Source of the DNA: Mesoplasma florum L1 | Lineage (GTDB): Bacteria > Bacillota_I > Bacilli_A > Mycoplasmatales > Mycoplasmataceae | Assembly (NCBI RefSeq): GCF_000008305.1 | Contig: NC_006055.1 | Span: 540,001 to 572,000 of the forward strand | DNA: 32,000 nucleotides | Direction of reading: 5' to 3' | Shown: positions 11,267 through 24,719 of the stretch, piece after piece | How the letters are laid out: each line of letters begins with the position of its first letter | Position numbering within the stretch: the stretch's first letter is position 1 | The notes under the pieces: generated by a model | What the model was told of the DNA's origin: nothing | Seen by the model: only the letters and a program-made list of their open reading frames with translations | The model's database searches: none | Program-made: the position numbers and the translations under genes

Positions 11267-11835
11267 TTCCATTTTTTTAATATATTATCCAAAATATTAT
11301 TTATTTTTTCAATTCTAATTGAAAAAAAATCTTCGTAAACTTTTTGTTTTATTTCATATCTTTTATTTTCTTCTTCAATTCAGTCTAAGTTATCATTATC
11401 TTCAATTTCATAAAGATGCCCAACAATATCTAAAATATTTTTTTCTAATTCATTTAAATCTTTGAAACTATTTTCCAAAATTTTTTTAAGTTCAAAAATA
11501 CTATTAATGTTGACATTAATAAATTTATTTATTTTTTTATTATTTAGATATTTCAAATTATTAATCGAATCTTCAATTAATTTAATGTTTAAAAAAGTTG
11601 TCAACATTTTATTATAAATAAATTCATGCAAATTTCTTTCTGATTTTAAAATTTCAACTTCTATAAGTGATATTTTAGATTCGTTCACTTTTCTTATAAA
11701 AGATTTTATTTCATTTCTTGTACTTTTTATTTTTGGAATAAGTAATGCAATAATTATAGTTATAACTAATGTTATAGATGTTAAAAAAACACCGAACCAT
11801 TCAGCTAATGTTCCAATTTCAATTGTATAAAACAT
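11263..11835 (-). CDS. Hypothetical membrane protein with one N-terminal TM helix
   Basis: Continuous frame with UGA=Trp; TM segment FGVFLTSITLVITIIIALLIP followed by a helical tail. Confidence 0.65.
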
Positions 11836-11880
11836 AATACCTCCATTATTTATTCTTATAAATCTAATTTTAATATAAAA

Positions 11881-11903
11881 AAACTAAGCATAAAGCTTAG
11901 TTT
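11881..11903 (-). terminator. Rho-independent terminator of eno
   Basis: Stem AAACTAAGC-ATAAA-GCTTAGTTT with a T-run on the minus strand. Confidence 0.75.
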
Positions 11904-11919
11904 GAATAATTATTTAAAA

Positions 11920-13281
<1,362 letters not shown>

Positions 13282-13411
13282 ATAATTTCCTCTCTTTATT
13301 TAAATTATGTATTTAACTCCTATATTATATTCTCTTTTTAAAAAAAATTAAATAGAAATTATCTCTTAAAATGTGATATCATTTAAAAGTTATATAAAAA
13401 AGGAGAAATAA

Positions 13412-15250
13412 ATGTCAAATCAAAAAATTATTAACATTGCGGTTATTGCTCACGTTGATGCAGGTAAGTCAACATTGGTTGATGCACTTTTAAAACAAGG
13501 TGGAGCTTTTAGAGATAACCAAGAAGTTGTAGAACAAATCATGGATTCAAACGATCAAGAAAGAGAACGTGGGATTACCATCTATTCAAAAAACTGTGCT
13601 ATTGAGTACAAAGGAACAAAAATTAACATCGTGGATACTCCAGGTCACGCCGACTTCTCAAGTGAAGTTGAACGTATTATGAAAACTGTTGATACTGTTA
13701 TTTTATTAGTTGATTCAAGTGAAGGGCCAATGCCTCAAACACGTTTTGTTTTATCTAAAGCATTAGAATTAGGATTGAACCCAATCTTAATGATTAATAA
13801 AATTGATAAAAAAGATCAAAGAGCTGAAGAAGTTGTTGAAGAAGTATTAGAGTTATTTATGGAATTAGATGCAACTGATGAACAATTAGAATTCAAAACA
13901 TTATATGGTATTGCTCGTGAAGGGATTGCTCAATTAAACTTAAGCGATCAAGGAGTCGATCTTTCACCAATGTTTGATACTATTATTGAGCAAGTTGGAA
14001 CATACCCAATTGAATTAGCTGAAAAACCATTAAAAATGCAAGTTAGTTCATTAGCTTATGATTCATTTATTGGAAGATTAGGAATTGGAAGAATCTTTGA
14101 AGGTAAAATTGCTGAAGGTCAAACAGTTAGTGTTGTTAAAAACAATGGTGAAGTTAAACAAGCCAAAATTTCTAAATTAACAGTTTACCAAGGATTAAAC
14201 AAAGTTGCTGTTAAAGAAGCATTCGCTGGAGATATTATTACATTCGCTGGTATTGAGCATATTTCAATTGGAGATACTATTAATGAATTAAATAATATTA
14301 ATCCAATGGAACCAATTACAATTGAAGAACCTACAATGAGTATGAACTTCTTAGTTAACACTTCTCCTTTTGCTGGTAAAGTTGGTAAATTTGTTACTTC
14401 AAGAAACATTAAAGAACGTTTAGAAAAAGAATTAGAAGTAAACGTTGGTTTAAAGGTTGAACCATTAGATAACCCAACAATTGAAGGATTCAAAGTTTTA
14501 GGACGTGGAGAACTTCACTTATCTGTTTTAATTGAACAAATGAGAAGAGAAGGTTTTGAATTAGCTATTTCTAAACCTGAGGTAATTTTTAGAAAAGGTG
14601 ATAATGGAACATTATTAGAACCTATGGAAAAAGTTATCTTAAACATTCCTACTGAATATTCAGGAACTGTTATTAATAAATTAAACCAACGTAAAGGTTT
14701 AATGACAGATATGGATTCTGATGGAGTTAGAGATAAAATTGTTTACAACATCCCATTAAGAGCTTTAATTGGATTTAGAAGTGAATTTACTAATGATACT
14801 CATGGTGAAGGAATCATGGTTAGAAGTTCAAATGGATTTGAACCATACAAAGGTGAAATTGAATCACGTAAAAACGGAGTTCTTATTTCAATGGCTTCAG
14901 GTAAAACATTACCTTACGCTTTAAATAACTTAGAAGAACGTGGAATTTTATTTGTAGGCCCTCAAGTTGAAGTTTATGATGGAATGATCGTTGGACAACA
15001 CTCAAGAGATAATGACTTAGAAGTTAACCCAACAACTGGTAAAAAATTAACTAACACTCGTGCTAGTGGTAGTGATGACTCAGTTAAATTAACTCCACCT
15101 AAATTAATGACTCTAGAAGAAGCATTAGAATACATCGAATGAGATGAATTAGTTGAAGTTACACCAGATGATATTCGTTTAAGAAAAAGATGATTATCAA
15201 ATACTGAAAGACGTCAACACAGAAACGATAATAAAAAAGTTTTTGATTAA
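13412..15250 (+). CDS. typA: Translational GTPase TypA/BipA
   Basis: NIAVIAHVDAGKSTLVDALLKQGG, RERGITIYSKN, IVDTPGHADF; frame extends through two TGA codons past the track ORF to TAA at 15248. Confidence 0.96.
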
Positions 15251-15253
15251 AAT

Positions 15254-15288
15254 AAAAATGAACTCAATATTCTGAGTTCATTTTTTTT
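15254..15288. terminator. Bidirectional terminator between typA and the ASCH-like gene
   Basis: ATGAACTCA-ATATTC-TGAGTTCAT flanked by A-run and T-run. Confidence 0.75.
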
Positions 15289-15706
15289 ACTCTTTCTCAA
15301 GTAAATCAATTATTTCATTTTTTACATAATTGTAGTTTTGTGGGGCATTAAAATTATAATTATCTTTTAATTCTTTATAAGGTATATAATTTTCAAATTC
15401 CTTAAATTCAGATATTGTTAATACAAAACAACCACATCTATGACTTATTCATTCTTCCATTATTTGGTATGCTGCTTCTTTATCTTTAAATTGATTAGAA
15501 TAAAATGTGCAAGCTTCATCTTTACTCATTCATTTAACATCTCTTATCTTAATGTAACCATAAATTCCAGCTTTGCTTTTTGGTATGTATAAATAAAGTT
15601 TGTCATTAATATTTAGTTCTGGCATTTTGAATCTATATTCGTATTTTTTCTTTCCAGTTTTAATTAAATCAAAATACTCTTTTTTCATTGATAAAATTAA
15701 ATCCAT
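15287..15706 (-). CDS. ASCH-domain-like protein
   Basis: MDLILSMKKEYFDLIKTGKKKYEYRFKMPELNINDKLYLYIPKSKAGIYGYIKI resembles the ASCH/EVE small-domain start. Start chosen after the upstream stop; alternative start at 15739. Confidence 0.6.
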
Positions 15707-15707
15707 A

Positions 15708-16232
15708 TTATTTCTTAAACCTATATGAACCTTGCTCATCTTTCAATAAAAACATTAGATCAATGATTTCAAAATGAAATGGTAAAAATTCACCAGTTTT
15801 AATCATATCAATTATTTCTTGTTTTGTTGCTCATTTTACTTCTTCAACTTCTTCTTTTTGTAAAATTAGTTTTTCAATTTCTACTTCTTTTTTAATTAAA
15901 TAAAAATCATCAAATCCTTCAGTAAAATTAATTGTAAATGATGGCCTGATATTTGAAAAATCTATTTCCAATCCTAACTCTTCTTTTGCTTCTCTTGTTG
16001 CTGTTGATTGGCTATTTTCACCAGTTGAAACAGAACCACTAACTGATGGTGTTCACATTCCAGTTCAATACTTTCTTTCTTTTGAAACTTTTTGAATTAA
16101 CATTTCTTCTTTATTATTAAAAATTCCAATAGTTATTTTTCTTCTATAAAAACCTTTTGGAGGTTTAGTCCCTCTTATCATTGTTTGATCAGTTTTATTA
16201 CCTAATATGTCATATAAATCTAAAATTTCCAT
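15708..16232 (-). CDS. NUDIX hydrolase
   Basis: Nudix box GSVSTGENSQSTATREAKEELGL; UGA=Trp reading frame. Confidence 0.85.
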
Positions 16233-16286
16233 ACGCCTCCCTTTAATTAATAAAATGATAACAAAAAATAACCCTATTGGGTTATT

Positions 16287-17096
16287 TTAATCTTCTTCAT
16301 TCATGATTTTAAATGTTTCAATTTCTTTATATCTATCTAAAATATTCATTCTGTAAAAATTGTCAGGTAAGCCTTTTTGCTCTACGTATTGATATTCAAT
16401 ATGTTCCTTTAATAAAATTAATCTATCAAAAATTATTTCAAATTTAATTAATAAAGCTATAAAATTATTTGAACTTTCAATCATTTCATCGGTTAAATCA
16501 ATTGATAAATCATCAAAACCATCAATTGTTGTAGTTAGATAATCAAGCAATTGATAAGCTACATCTAACTTATCTTCTCTTGACTCATAACTATTAAATC
16601 TTTGTACTAATTCAATTAAATCTCTTCAACAATATTTAAATTCATCTGGAACTTCAGTGTTTCTAACTACTGTAATTAATTCTTCATAGTATTTTTCTGA
16701 TAATTCTAAAAATGCTTTATTAATCGCCACATCAACTCCACTTTCATCAACTGCGTTAAATGAATGTTCATTAATTTCGTTAAAAGCATTTACATAATCT
16801 GAAGCTATGTTGTACAAACCATCAATTCTTAAATGAAAAACACCACTAATGAAAGATTTAATGTATTCATCAGTTTTGCAAACTTCTTCGTTTTCTAAAA
16901 AACCAGGTAAGTTATCAATAGCAACTGCTTCTTGATTTTCTTTAATAAAATTATTATAATCTTGGGAATCTAATCATTTTTCATGTAATTGAATAACTTC
17001 ATCAAAAATAATGTTATTTTCTGATGTGTTAATTTGTATATATCAATCGTCATTAATAAATTGCATCAATCAATCTTCATATTTGAATTTTGTCAT
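16287..17096 (-). CDS. Hypothetical acidic protein
   Basis: Continuous frame joining 16287..16550 and 16626..16817 with UGA=Trp, starting MTKFKYEDWLMQFINDDWYIQ. Confidence 0.65.
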
Positions 17097-17110
17097 GTTA
17101 TTAAACCTTT

Positions 17111-18913
17111 CTAATCATCAAGTTTTAATACTGCAATGAATGCTTCTTGTGGTACTTCAACACTTCCGATTTCTTTCATTTTCTTTTTACCTTCTTTTTG
17201 TTTATTAAGAAGTTTTTTACGTCTTGATTTATCAGCTGCATGAAGTTTTCAAGTTACATCTTTACGATATGCTTTAATTGTTTCACGAGCTAAAACTTTA
17301 TTCCCAATAGTTGCTTGAACAGGAACCTCAAAGTTTTGACGAGGAATTAATTCTTTAAGTTTTTTAGTTAAAGCAGCCCCTCTTTGATATGCAAAGTGTT
17401 TATTTACTATCATTGAGAATGCATCAACCATATCCCCATTTAATAAAATATCCATTTTAACTAATTGAGATTCTTGATATCCAATCATTTCATATTCAAA
17501 TGAAGCATACCCTTTTGAAATAGATTTTAATTTATTAAAGAAATCAAAAATGATTTCAGCTAATGGCATGTCATAAACTAACATCATACGATTATCATCA
17601 ACAACTTGTAAGTCCTTATAAGTCCCTAGTTTGTTTTGACATAAACTCATTAAATCACCAACTGATTCTTTTGGTGTCATGATTTTTACATTAACAAATG
17701 GTTCTTCCATAAATTTGATCTTTTGTGGATCAGGTAACTTTGCAGGGTTATCAATTTCAATCATTGTTCCATCAGTTAAATGAATTTTATAAATTACAGA
17801 TGGAGCTGTTGCGATTAAATTTAGATTGTATTCTCTTTCTAATCTTTCTTGTACAACTTCCATGTGTAATAAACCTAAAAAACCAACTCTAAAACCAAAA
17901 CCTAATGCTTGAGAAGTTTCTGGTTCATAAACTAATGATGAATCTGATAATTCCATTTTTTCTAATGCTTCTTTAAAATCTTGATATTGATTTGTATCAA
18001 TTGGATAAATACCACAATAAACCATTGGTTTTAGTTTTTTATATCCATCAAGTGGATGCAAAGCTGAATTAGTAACTGTTGTTATAGTATCTCCAACATT
18101 TATGTCTTTAATAGTTTTAATTGAAGCAGCTACTCATCCTACTTCTCCAGCACTTAATTGATCTTTTTTAACTATCTTAGGATTTTTAACTCCTAGTTCA
18201 GTAACTTCATAGCTGCTACCATTTGCCATAAGTTTAATTCTATCTCCAACTTTAATAGAACCTTCTCTTACTCTAATTGACATAACAACACCTAAGTATT
18301 TGTCATAGTAACTATCAAAAATTAAAGCTCTTAATGGTTTTGCATCATCTGCATCATATGGTGCAGGAATTTTATTAACAATAGCTTCTAAAACATCTTC
18401 TACGTTTAAACCAGTTTTAGCACTAATTAATGGTGCATCACTACAATCAATTCCAATTGTATTTTCAATTTCTTCTTTTACTCTTTCTGCATCAGCACTT
18501 GGTAAATCAACTTTATTAATAACAGGGATAATTTCTAAATTATTTTCAATGGCTAAATAAACGTTAGCAAGTGTTTGTGCTTCAATACCTTGAGTTGCAT
18601 CAACAACAAGTATTGCTCCTTCACAAGCTGCTAAACTTCTTGATACTTCATATGCAAAGTCAACATGCCCAGGAGTATCAATTAAGTGGAAAGTATATTC
18701 TTGTCCATCTTTTGCTTTGTAATACAATTGAACAGAGTTTAGTTTAATTGTGATTCCACGTTCTCTCTCAATATCCATTGAATCAAGAAGTTGCTCTTGC
18801 ATTTCACGTTTTGTTACAGTATTAGTTAACTCTAAAATACGGTCAGCCAAAGTTGACTTACCGTGATCAATATGAGCAATAATACTAAAATTCCTAATTT
18901 TTGATTTATCCAT
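17111..18913 (-). CDS. lepA: Elongation factor 4
   Basis: [54 protein letters not shown], characteristic LepA C-terminus [24 protein letters not shown]. Confidence 0.97.
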
Positions 18914-18930
18914 GTGTTCTCTTTCTACCA

Positions 18931-19860
18931 TTAATAATTATCTTTGTATTTATCAATGAATTTTACAATATCATCAATAACAACTTCGTTAACTTCTTCT
19001 TCTAATAATTTATTTTTTAAATTTTGATAAATTTTAAGGTCAGTATCTAAACCTAACTTTGTAAATCTATAAAATAGTTTTTGTGAGTCTTTACCCATTT
19101 TTGTATAGTTATCTAATCCACCACTTTGAATTAATATTGGTAAGTCCTTAGTTATAAATTCATTATTTGAATTTTTAGAAATAAATTTATTACCAACAGC
19201 AATATCTTTAAAAGCTGATCAACTAAGTTTTAAATTACATAAAGGATCATTATTATATTTCTCTACAAATTTTCAATCACTTGATAATCATTGGTTATCA
19301 AATTTTAATAATGGGTTATGTCTTTTATTCATTCTTTTTGCTCTAATGTTATTAAGGAATTTTGCATCATTTCTTACATTAAAGATCATTTGACTTAAAT
19401 TCATATATTTTAAAAATATATTTGAAATGTGATAATTGTAATCACGTGTATTAATTAAAATTAATCCAGCCATTTCTTCTGAGTATTTAATTGAGAATGC
19501 TCTAGCTAAATTTCCACCTAATCCTTGCCCCATTACAAAAATAGGCAAGTCTGAATGGTATCTTTTAATTCATGTATTTATATTTTTAACATCTTCAACT
19601 AATTTACTTCAACCTTGTTTTTTATCAAAAATAATGTTTGAACCATCAGATTCATCTCTACTTTCACCAATTCCTCTTAAATCAGTTCCTACAACTAAAA
19701 TGTTATGTTCTTTCATGATTTTGGCAAATTTATCATACATTTCCATATGTTCATCAAAGTTAGGTACAACTTGAATAATGGCAATAGGTTTTTTAGAAGT
19801 TTTTCATTCAAAATTAATTAATTCTTTCCCATCAATCATTTGCAATTGAAATTTTCTCAT
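18931..19860 (-). CDS. Alpha/beta hydrolase (lysophospholipase-like)
   Basis: [15 protein letters not shown], nucleophile elbow-like [16 protein letters not shown], continuous frame with UGA=Trp. Confidence 0.8.
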
Positions 19861-19863
19861 GCT

Positions 19864-20484
19864 TTAAACCTCCTTAACGTATTCTTCAAATGTTGCATTA
19901 GCTGCTAATTGATCAGCTAAATCATTGTAATAATCATTACTATGACCTTTTACTCAAATAAATTCTAATTCTACTTTTGTTCTGATTTGATCAACAAATT
20001 TAATATATTCATTACCTTCATCAGATTTTGCTTTTCATTCATGGTTTGCTCACTTAGCGATACCTTCATAATCATGATATAAATATAATTTCTTAATGTT
20101 ATTAGCATACGCGAATAACATCACCCTTTTTGCTCCTTGTAGTTCTCCACTCACATTTCACATTGATTTTAATTCATCATCACGATATCTTTTTGAAAAA
20201 TGAAACTCTTTATTTTGTCACATTACAACTGCACCATATGAATAAGTATTATTGTCTTTAATAAAACTACCATCACTATATGCAACTGCAGCATTTTCTT
20301 CTATTTCAATTTTTTGTTTAGGTTTAGATAATGTTTGTCCGCCCTTAATAAAGGCTTCAGCATCTGCTTTGCTTGAAAAAGATTTATAAACAGCATTAGT
20401 ATATCCTTCAACTTGAATTTTACATTCTTCTCAAGTTTCATATACACCAATATTTCTTCCTTGTTTAACAGCGTAATATTTCAT
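19864..20484 (-). CDS. rnhA: Ribonuclease HI with N-terminal hybrid-binding domain
   Basis: MKYYAVKQGRNIGVYETWEECKIQVEGYTNAVYKSF (RHBD), AVAYSDGSF, GELQGAKRVM, VKGHSNDYYNDLADQLA. Confidence 0.9.
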
Positions 20485-20509
20485 TTCTAAACCTCCTTAC
20501 TTTTATTAA

Positions 20510-21931
20510 TTAATAAGCTCTTGCAAAATAAACTTTTAATGTTGTGTCTTTGTTACAGTTAAAACATTTTTCAGTTTTGTTATCTTGATCAAATGGAATA
20601 CAACGTGAATTTGTAGAAGTTTGTTTTTTAACATCATCTTCACATTCAATTTCACCACAGAATGGAACTAATACAAAACCTTGGTTTTGAGCTAGTATGT
20701 TTTTGTATTCTTCAATTGAGTTAGCCCTTGAAGTTCTTTCTTCACGGTTTTTTAAAGCCTTAGCATATAAATTAGCATCATATTCTTTGATCATTTGATC
20801 TACTATATTTGTAACTTCATTTACATTAACTTGAATTTTTTCTCTAGTATCTCTTCTTGAAATGGTTACTTGATTATTTTCTAAATCTCTTGGTCCTATT
20901 TCAATTCTTAAAGGAATCCCTTTGATTTCAGCTTCACTTATTTTAAATCCAAATGATTTATCTGTTTTATCAATGTCAACACGATATTTATTTTTTAATG
21001 CTTCTTTAATATCTTCTGTTACTTTAATAACTTCATCAGTTTCTTTTATTTGAATTAATCTAACTTGAACTGGTGAAACCATTGATGGAAGTACTAAACC
21101 ATTATCATCAGAGTGAGTCATAATAATAGCACCAATTAATCTTGTTGAAACTCCTCAACTTGTTGAATAAGCATGCTCTAATTTACCTTCTTTATTTTGG
21201 AATTTAATTTCATATGGTTTAGAGAAGTTATCTGCAAAGTAATGTGATGTACCACATTGTAATGCTTGACCATCATGCATTAATGATTCAATAGTATATG
21301 TTGAATCAGCTCCCGCAAATTTTTCCTTTTCAGTTTTCTTACCTGGGATTACAGGTAACAATAATGCATTTTGAGCAAACTCAGTATATGTGTCTAATAT
21401 TTTTAAAGTTAAATCAGAAGCTTCTTTTCTTTCTGAATGTACAGTGTGTCCTTCTTGTCATAAGAATTCACTTGTTCTTAAAAATGGTCTAGTTGTTTTT
21501 TCTCAACGCATAACATTAGTTCATTGGTTAAAGATTAAAGGTAAGTCACGATATGATTTAACTTCATTTTTGAAAAAGTTTGCCATCAACACTTCACTAG
21601 TTGGTCTAATAAATAGTGGCTCAGGTAATGGAGTATCTCCAACTCTTGTTACAGTTGCTATCTCAGGTGAAAAACCTTCAATGTGGTCTTTTTCTTTTTG
21701 AAATAATGATTGTGGAATTAATAATGGGAAGTAAACATTTTGTACTTCAAGTTCTTTGAATTTTGCATCCAAATATTTTTGGATTAATTCTCAAATTGCA
21801 TATCCATAAGGTCTAAAGATAATTGTTCCTTTAACTGGACCATAGCTTGCTAATTTAGCATTAATAACTGTATCAGTATATCATTGTGAAAAATCAACGT
21901 CTCTTGGTGTTATTTTCTCTAATTGTTTCAT
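20510..21931 (-). CDS. proS: Prolyl-tRNA synthetase
   Basis: [50 protein letters not shown], C-terminal CFNCNKDTTLKVYFARAY. Confidence 0.95.
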
Positions 21932-21935
21932 TTTA

Positions 21936-22562
21936 TTACTCTCCTATTTTTACTAAGCCATCATGACTTAAATATAATTTTATTTCTAATCCTAATTCCT
22001 TGATAATGTTATTAGCATAGTTATAGTATTGTTCGTTTCTTATCAATATTCATTTGATTGTGTCAAAGTGAATTGTTTCAATAATGTTAATCATTCCAAA
22101 TGATCTATCAAAGATTCAATCTTTTGTAGTTGTTTTTGCTAGTTTTTCAGGATCAATTCCAATAACACAAAACTTACTTGTATCAATTGCTGCATCTGCT
22201 GATCATTTTCAAAAGTGTGCTCTTGATGAAATGTCAAAGTCTAAGTTACTTGAATCTTGTTTTTGGTGATAACCTCAAACATGATATAATTCGTCTTTAT
22301 TTAAAATTATTTCTTGGGTTGGTTGTATTCCATTTTTTAAAATATAACCAATGTTTCTTACATCAGTATAAAATAAAAAACTTTTAATTCCTCTTTTTTT
22401 AATTAAGTCTAGAACAATCTCTTTTTCAGAACCGGCATTAACGAATAATGATTTAAAAAAGTTATCTAATTCATTCTCATTCAAAATGTCATCTTTATCA
22501 GCTCTTCAAAATAAAAGTTTTTCTTTTCATGAGCTTTTAGTTCTTTTTTCTTTTGATTTCAC
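21936..22562 (-). CDS. Hypothetical protein, possible ADP-ribosyltransferase (DarT/DUF4433)-like
   Basis: GTG start; one open frame with UGA=Trp. Segment IKSFLFYTDVRNIGYILKNGIQP...HVWGYHQK...FCVIGIDPEKL weakly resembles the N-terminal motif of DarT-like proteins. Confidence 0.5.
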
Positions 22563-22617
22563 TATAACACCCCAGACTATATAATATTATATAATTTTTT
22601 AACTATTTTTGATATAA

Positions 22618-22640
22618 AAAAGCCACCTATTAAAGGCAGC
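22618..22640 (-). terminator. Probable terminator downstream of tRNA-Ser
   Basis: Minus-strand AGCTGCC-tttaata-GGTGGCT (with G:U pairs) followed by a T-run. Confidence 0.5.
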
Positions 22641-22654
22641 TTTGTTGTTTTTAC

Positions 22655-22744
22655 TGGCGGGTTAAAAGAGACTCGAACTCTTGCGCCGGAAACCGACCTA
22701 ACACCTTAGCAGGGTGTCCTCTTCACCAACTTGAGTATTAACCC
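22655..22744 (-). tRNA. tRNA-Ser(GCU)
   Basis: Acceptor GGGTTAA/TTAACCC, anticodon loop CTGCTAA, long variable arm, GTTCGAGTC T-loop, encoded CCA. Confidence 0.93.
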
Positions 22745-22794
22745 AATAATTACACTTAATTATTATAACAATTAAGTGTCACATATTCAAAAAA

Positions 22795-23262
22795 TTATTT
22801 ATGATATTTTTCATTATTCATTATTTTAAATGCACGATATATTTGTTCAGCTAAAATAATTCTAAATAATTGATGTGGTAACGTGATGTTACCAAAAGAA
22901 ACTTTTTTATAATTTTGTTGTAAAAATTTATCACTAAAACCATCACTTGGCCCTATTACAAAAACAATTTTTGCTTGCTTTAAATTTTTATTATTTTCAA
23001 TGATTGACATAAATTCTTCTGTTGAATAATTTTTAGAACTTACATCCATACAAATTATTTCATGATCTGAAAATGCTTTTAATTTATCTATTAATAAATC
23101 TGAATTAATATTTTTATTTACCACATCTTCTTTTTGGTATTCTTCTTTAAGTTCAATAACTTGTAAATTAGCATATTTTGATATTCTATTTGCGTATTCA
23201 TTAAATGAATCAATAAAGAATTTCTTATCTAATTTACCAAAACAAACTATTTTGATATTCAT
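22795..23262 (-). CDS. rlmH: 23S rRNA (pseudouridine1915-N3)-methyltransferase
   Basis: IVFVIGPSDGFSDKF...FGNITLPHQLFRIILAEQIYRAFKIMNNEKYHK. Confidence 0.93.
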   Translation of the reverse strand: MNIKIVCFGKLDKKFFIDSFNEYANRISKYANLQVIELKEEYQKEDVVNKNINSDLLIDKLKAFSDHEIICMDVSSKNYSTEEFMSIIENNKNLKQAKIVFVIGPSDGFSDKFLQQNYKKVSFGNITLPHQLFRIILAEQIYRAFKIMNNEKYHK

Positions 23263-23274
23263 GATGAGATTTGA

Positions 23275-24633
23275 TTAAAAACCAAATCCTCCTTTACCCA
23301 TTCCAGGCATTCCTGGCATACGTCCGCTTTTCATCATTTTAGCCATTTCAAGAACTTGTTTTTTACCTTTTTCAAATGAGTTAATTAACTCATTTAATTC
23401 TTTTTCTGTACGACCTGAACCACTAATAATTCTATTTTTTCTAGTAAGTGATTTTAATAGTTTAGGTTCTCTTCTTTCTTTTAATGTCATTGAATCCATT
23501 AAAATTGAGAATACAACTAATTTTCTTTGTGCATCTGAAATTTGATTATCTGATATTTTAGCATTTGGCATCATTTTCATAATTCCACCAATATTACCCA
23601 TTTTAGATACTTGAACTAATTGGTTTCTTAAATCTTCTAAATCAAATTGTCCCATGAACATACGTTTCATAGTTTTTTGCATTGAACGTTCATCAATATT
23701 ATCAACAACTTTTTCAAAAAGAGTTTCAATATCTCCCATTCCAAGAATTCTATCAGCCATTCTTTTTGGATAGAATGGAGCAAGAGCTGAAACTCCTTCT
23801 CCTTCACCAATAAATTTAATTGGTAATTTAGTCATGTATCTAATTGATAGTGTAGCTCCCCCACGAGCATCCCCATCTAATTTAGTTACAATAACCCCTG
23901 TTAATTTTAATTGATTGTTAAATTCATTAGTTACATTAATAATTTCTTGACCAATCATTCCATCAACAACTAATAAAGTTTCATTTGGTGATGTAATCTT
24001 TCTTAAGTCATTTAATTCATTCATTAAATCTTTATCAATTTGTAAACGACCTGCTGTATCTAAAATAACAACATCATGTCCATTTTTTTCAGCAAATTCT
24101 AATGCTTGTTTTGCTGTTTTTAAAGGTGATTGTTTTCCTTGCTCAAAAACTGGTATGTTATTTTTATTTCCTAATTCAACCAATTGGTCAATAGCCCCTG
24201 GTCTATAAATATCTAAACCAACTAGTAAAGGCTTTTTAGCTTCTTTTTTTGCTAAATAATGAGCTAGTTTAGATGATGAAGTAGTTTTCCCTGATCCTTG
24301 TAACCCAACCATCATAACAACAGAAGGTTTTTTAGAAAGATTTAAAGGTGCTTTTTCAGTTCCTAAAATGTCAATTAATTCTTCATGAACAATTTTCAAC
24401 ATTTGTTGGTGTGAAGTAACACCTTCTTGAATATATTCACCAACTGTTTTTTCTTTTATTTTACTTATTAATTCTTTTACAACTTCAACGTTAACGTCAG
24501 CTTCTAATAAAGCTAAACGTATCTCACGAAGTGTTTCTTGAATGTTTTCATCAGTCAATGTAGATTTTTTGATATTTTTCTCCATTGATTTTTTCATTCG
24601 TTTAGTTAAAAAATCTCCAAATGCCATATGCAT
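23275..24633 (-). CDS. ffh: Signal recognition particle protein Ffh
   Basis: VGLQGSGKTTSSSKLAHYLAKK, DTAGRLQID, TKLDGDARGGATLS, Met-rich C-terminus with SGRTEKELNELI. Confidence 0.97.
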   Translation of the reverse strand: MHMAFGDFLTKRMKKSMEKNIKKSTLTDENIQETLREIRLALLEADVNVEVVKELISKIKEKTVGEYIQEGVTSHQQMLKIVHEELIDILGTEKAPLNLSKKPSVVMMVGLQGSGKTTSSSKLAHYLAKKEAKKPLLVGLDIYRPGAIDQLVELGNKNNIPVFEQGKQSPLKTAKQALEFAEKNGHDVVILDTAGRLQIDKDLMNELNDLRKITSPNETLLVVDGMIGQEIINVTNEFNNQLKLTGVIVTKLDGDARGGATLSIRYMTKLPIKFIGEGEGVSALAPFYPKRMADRILGMGDIETLFEKVVDNIDERSMQKTMKRMFMGQFDLEDLRNQLVQVSKMGNIGGIMKMMPNAKISDNQISDAQRKLVVFSILMDSMTLKERREPKLLKSLTRKNRIISGSGRTEKELNELINSFEKGKKQVLEMAKMMKSGRMPGMPGMGKGGFGF

Positions 24634-24680
24634 ACCTCCAGTTTTAATCTTTATTTATTATACCAAACTTAATATTCAAA

Positions 24681-24706
24681 ATAAAAATGCCGCAAGGCAT
24701 TTTTGA
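24681..24706 (-). terminator. Rho-independent terminator of asnS
   Basis: AAAAATGCC-GCAA-GGCATTTTT hairpin between asnS and ffh. Confidence 0.75.
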
Positions 24707-24719
24707 ATATATTTATATA

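Noticed and set aside
22655-22744. tRNA as an integration site for a mobile element
   Set aside because: Both flanks carry ordinary chromosomal genes (proS side and rlmH/ffh). No integrase, att-like direct repeat or phage gene was seen.
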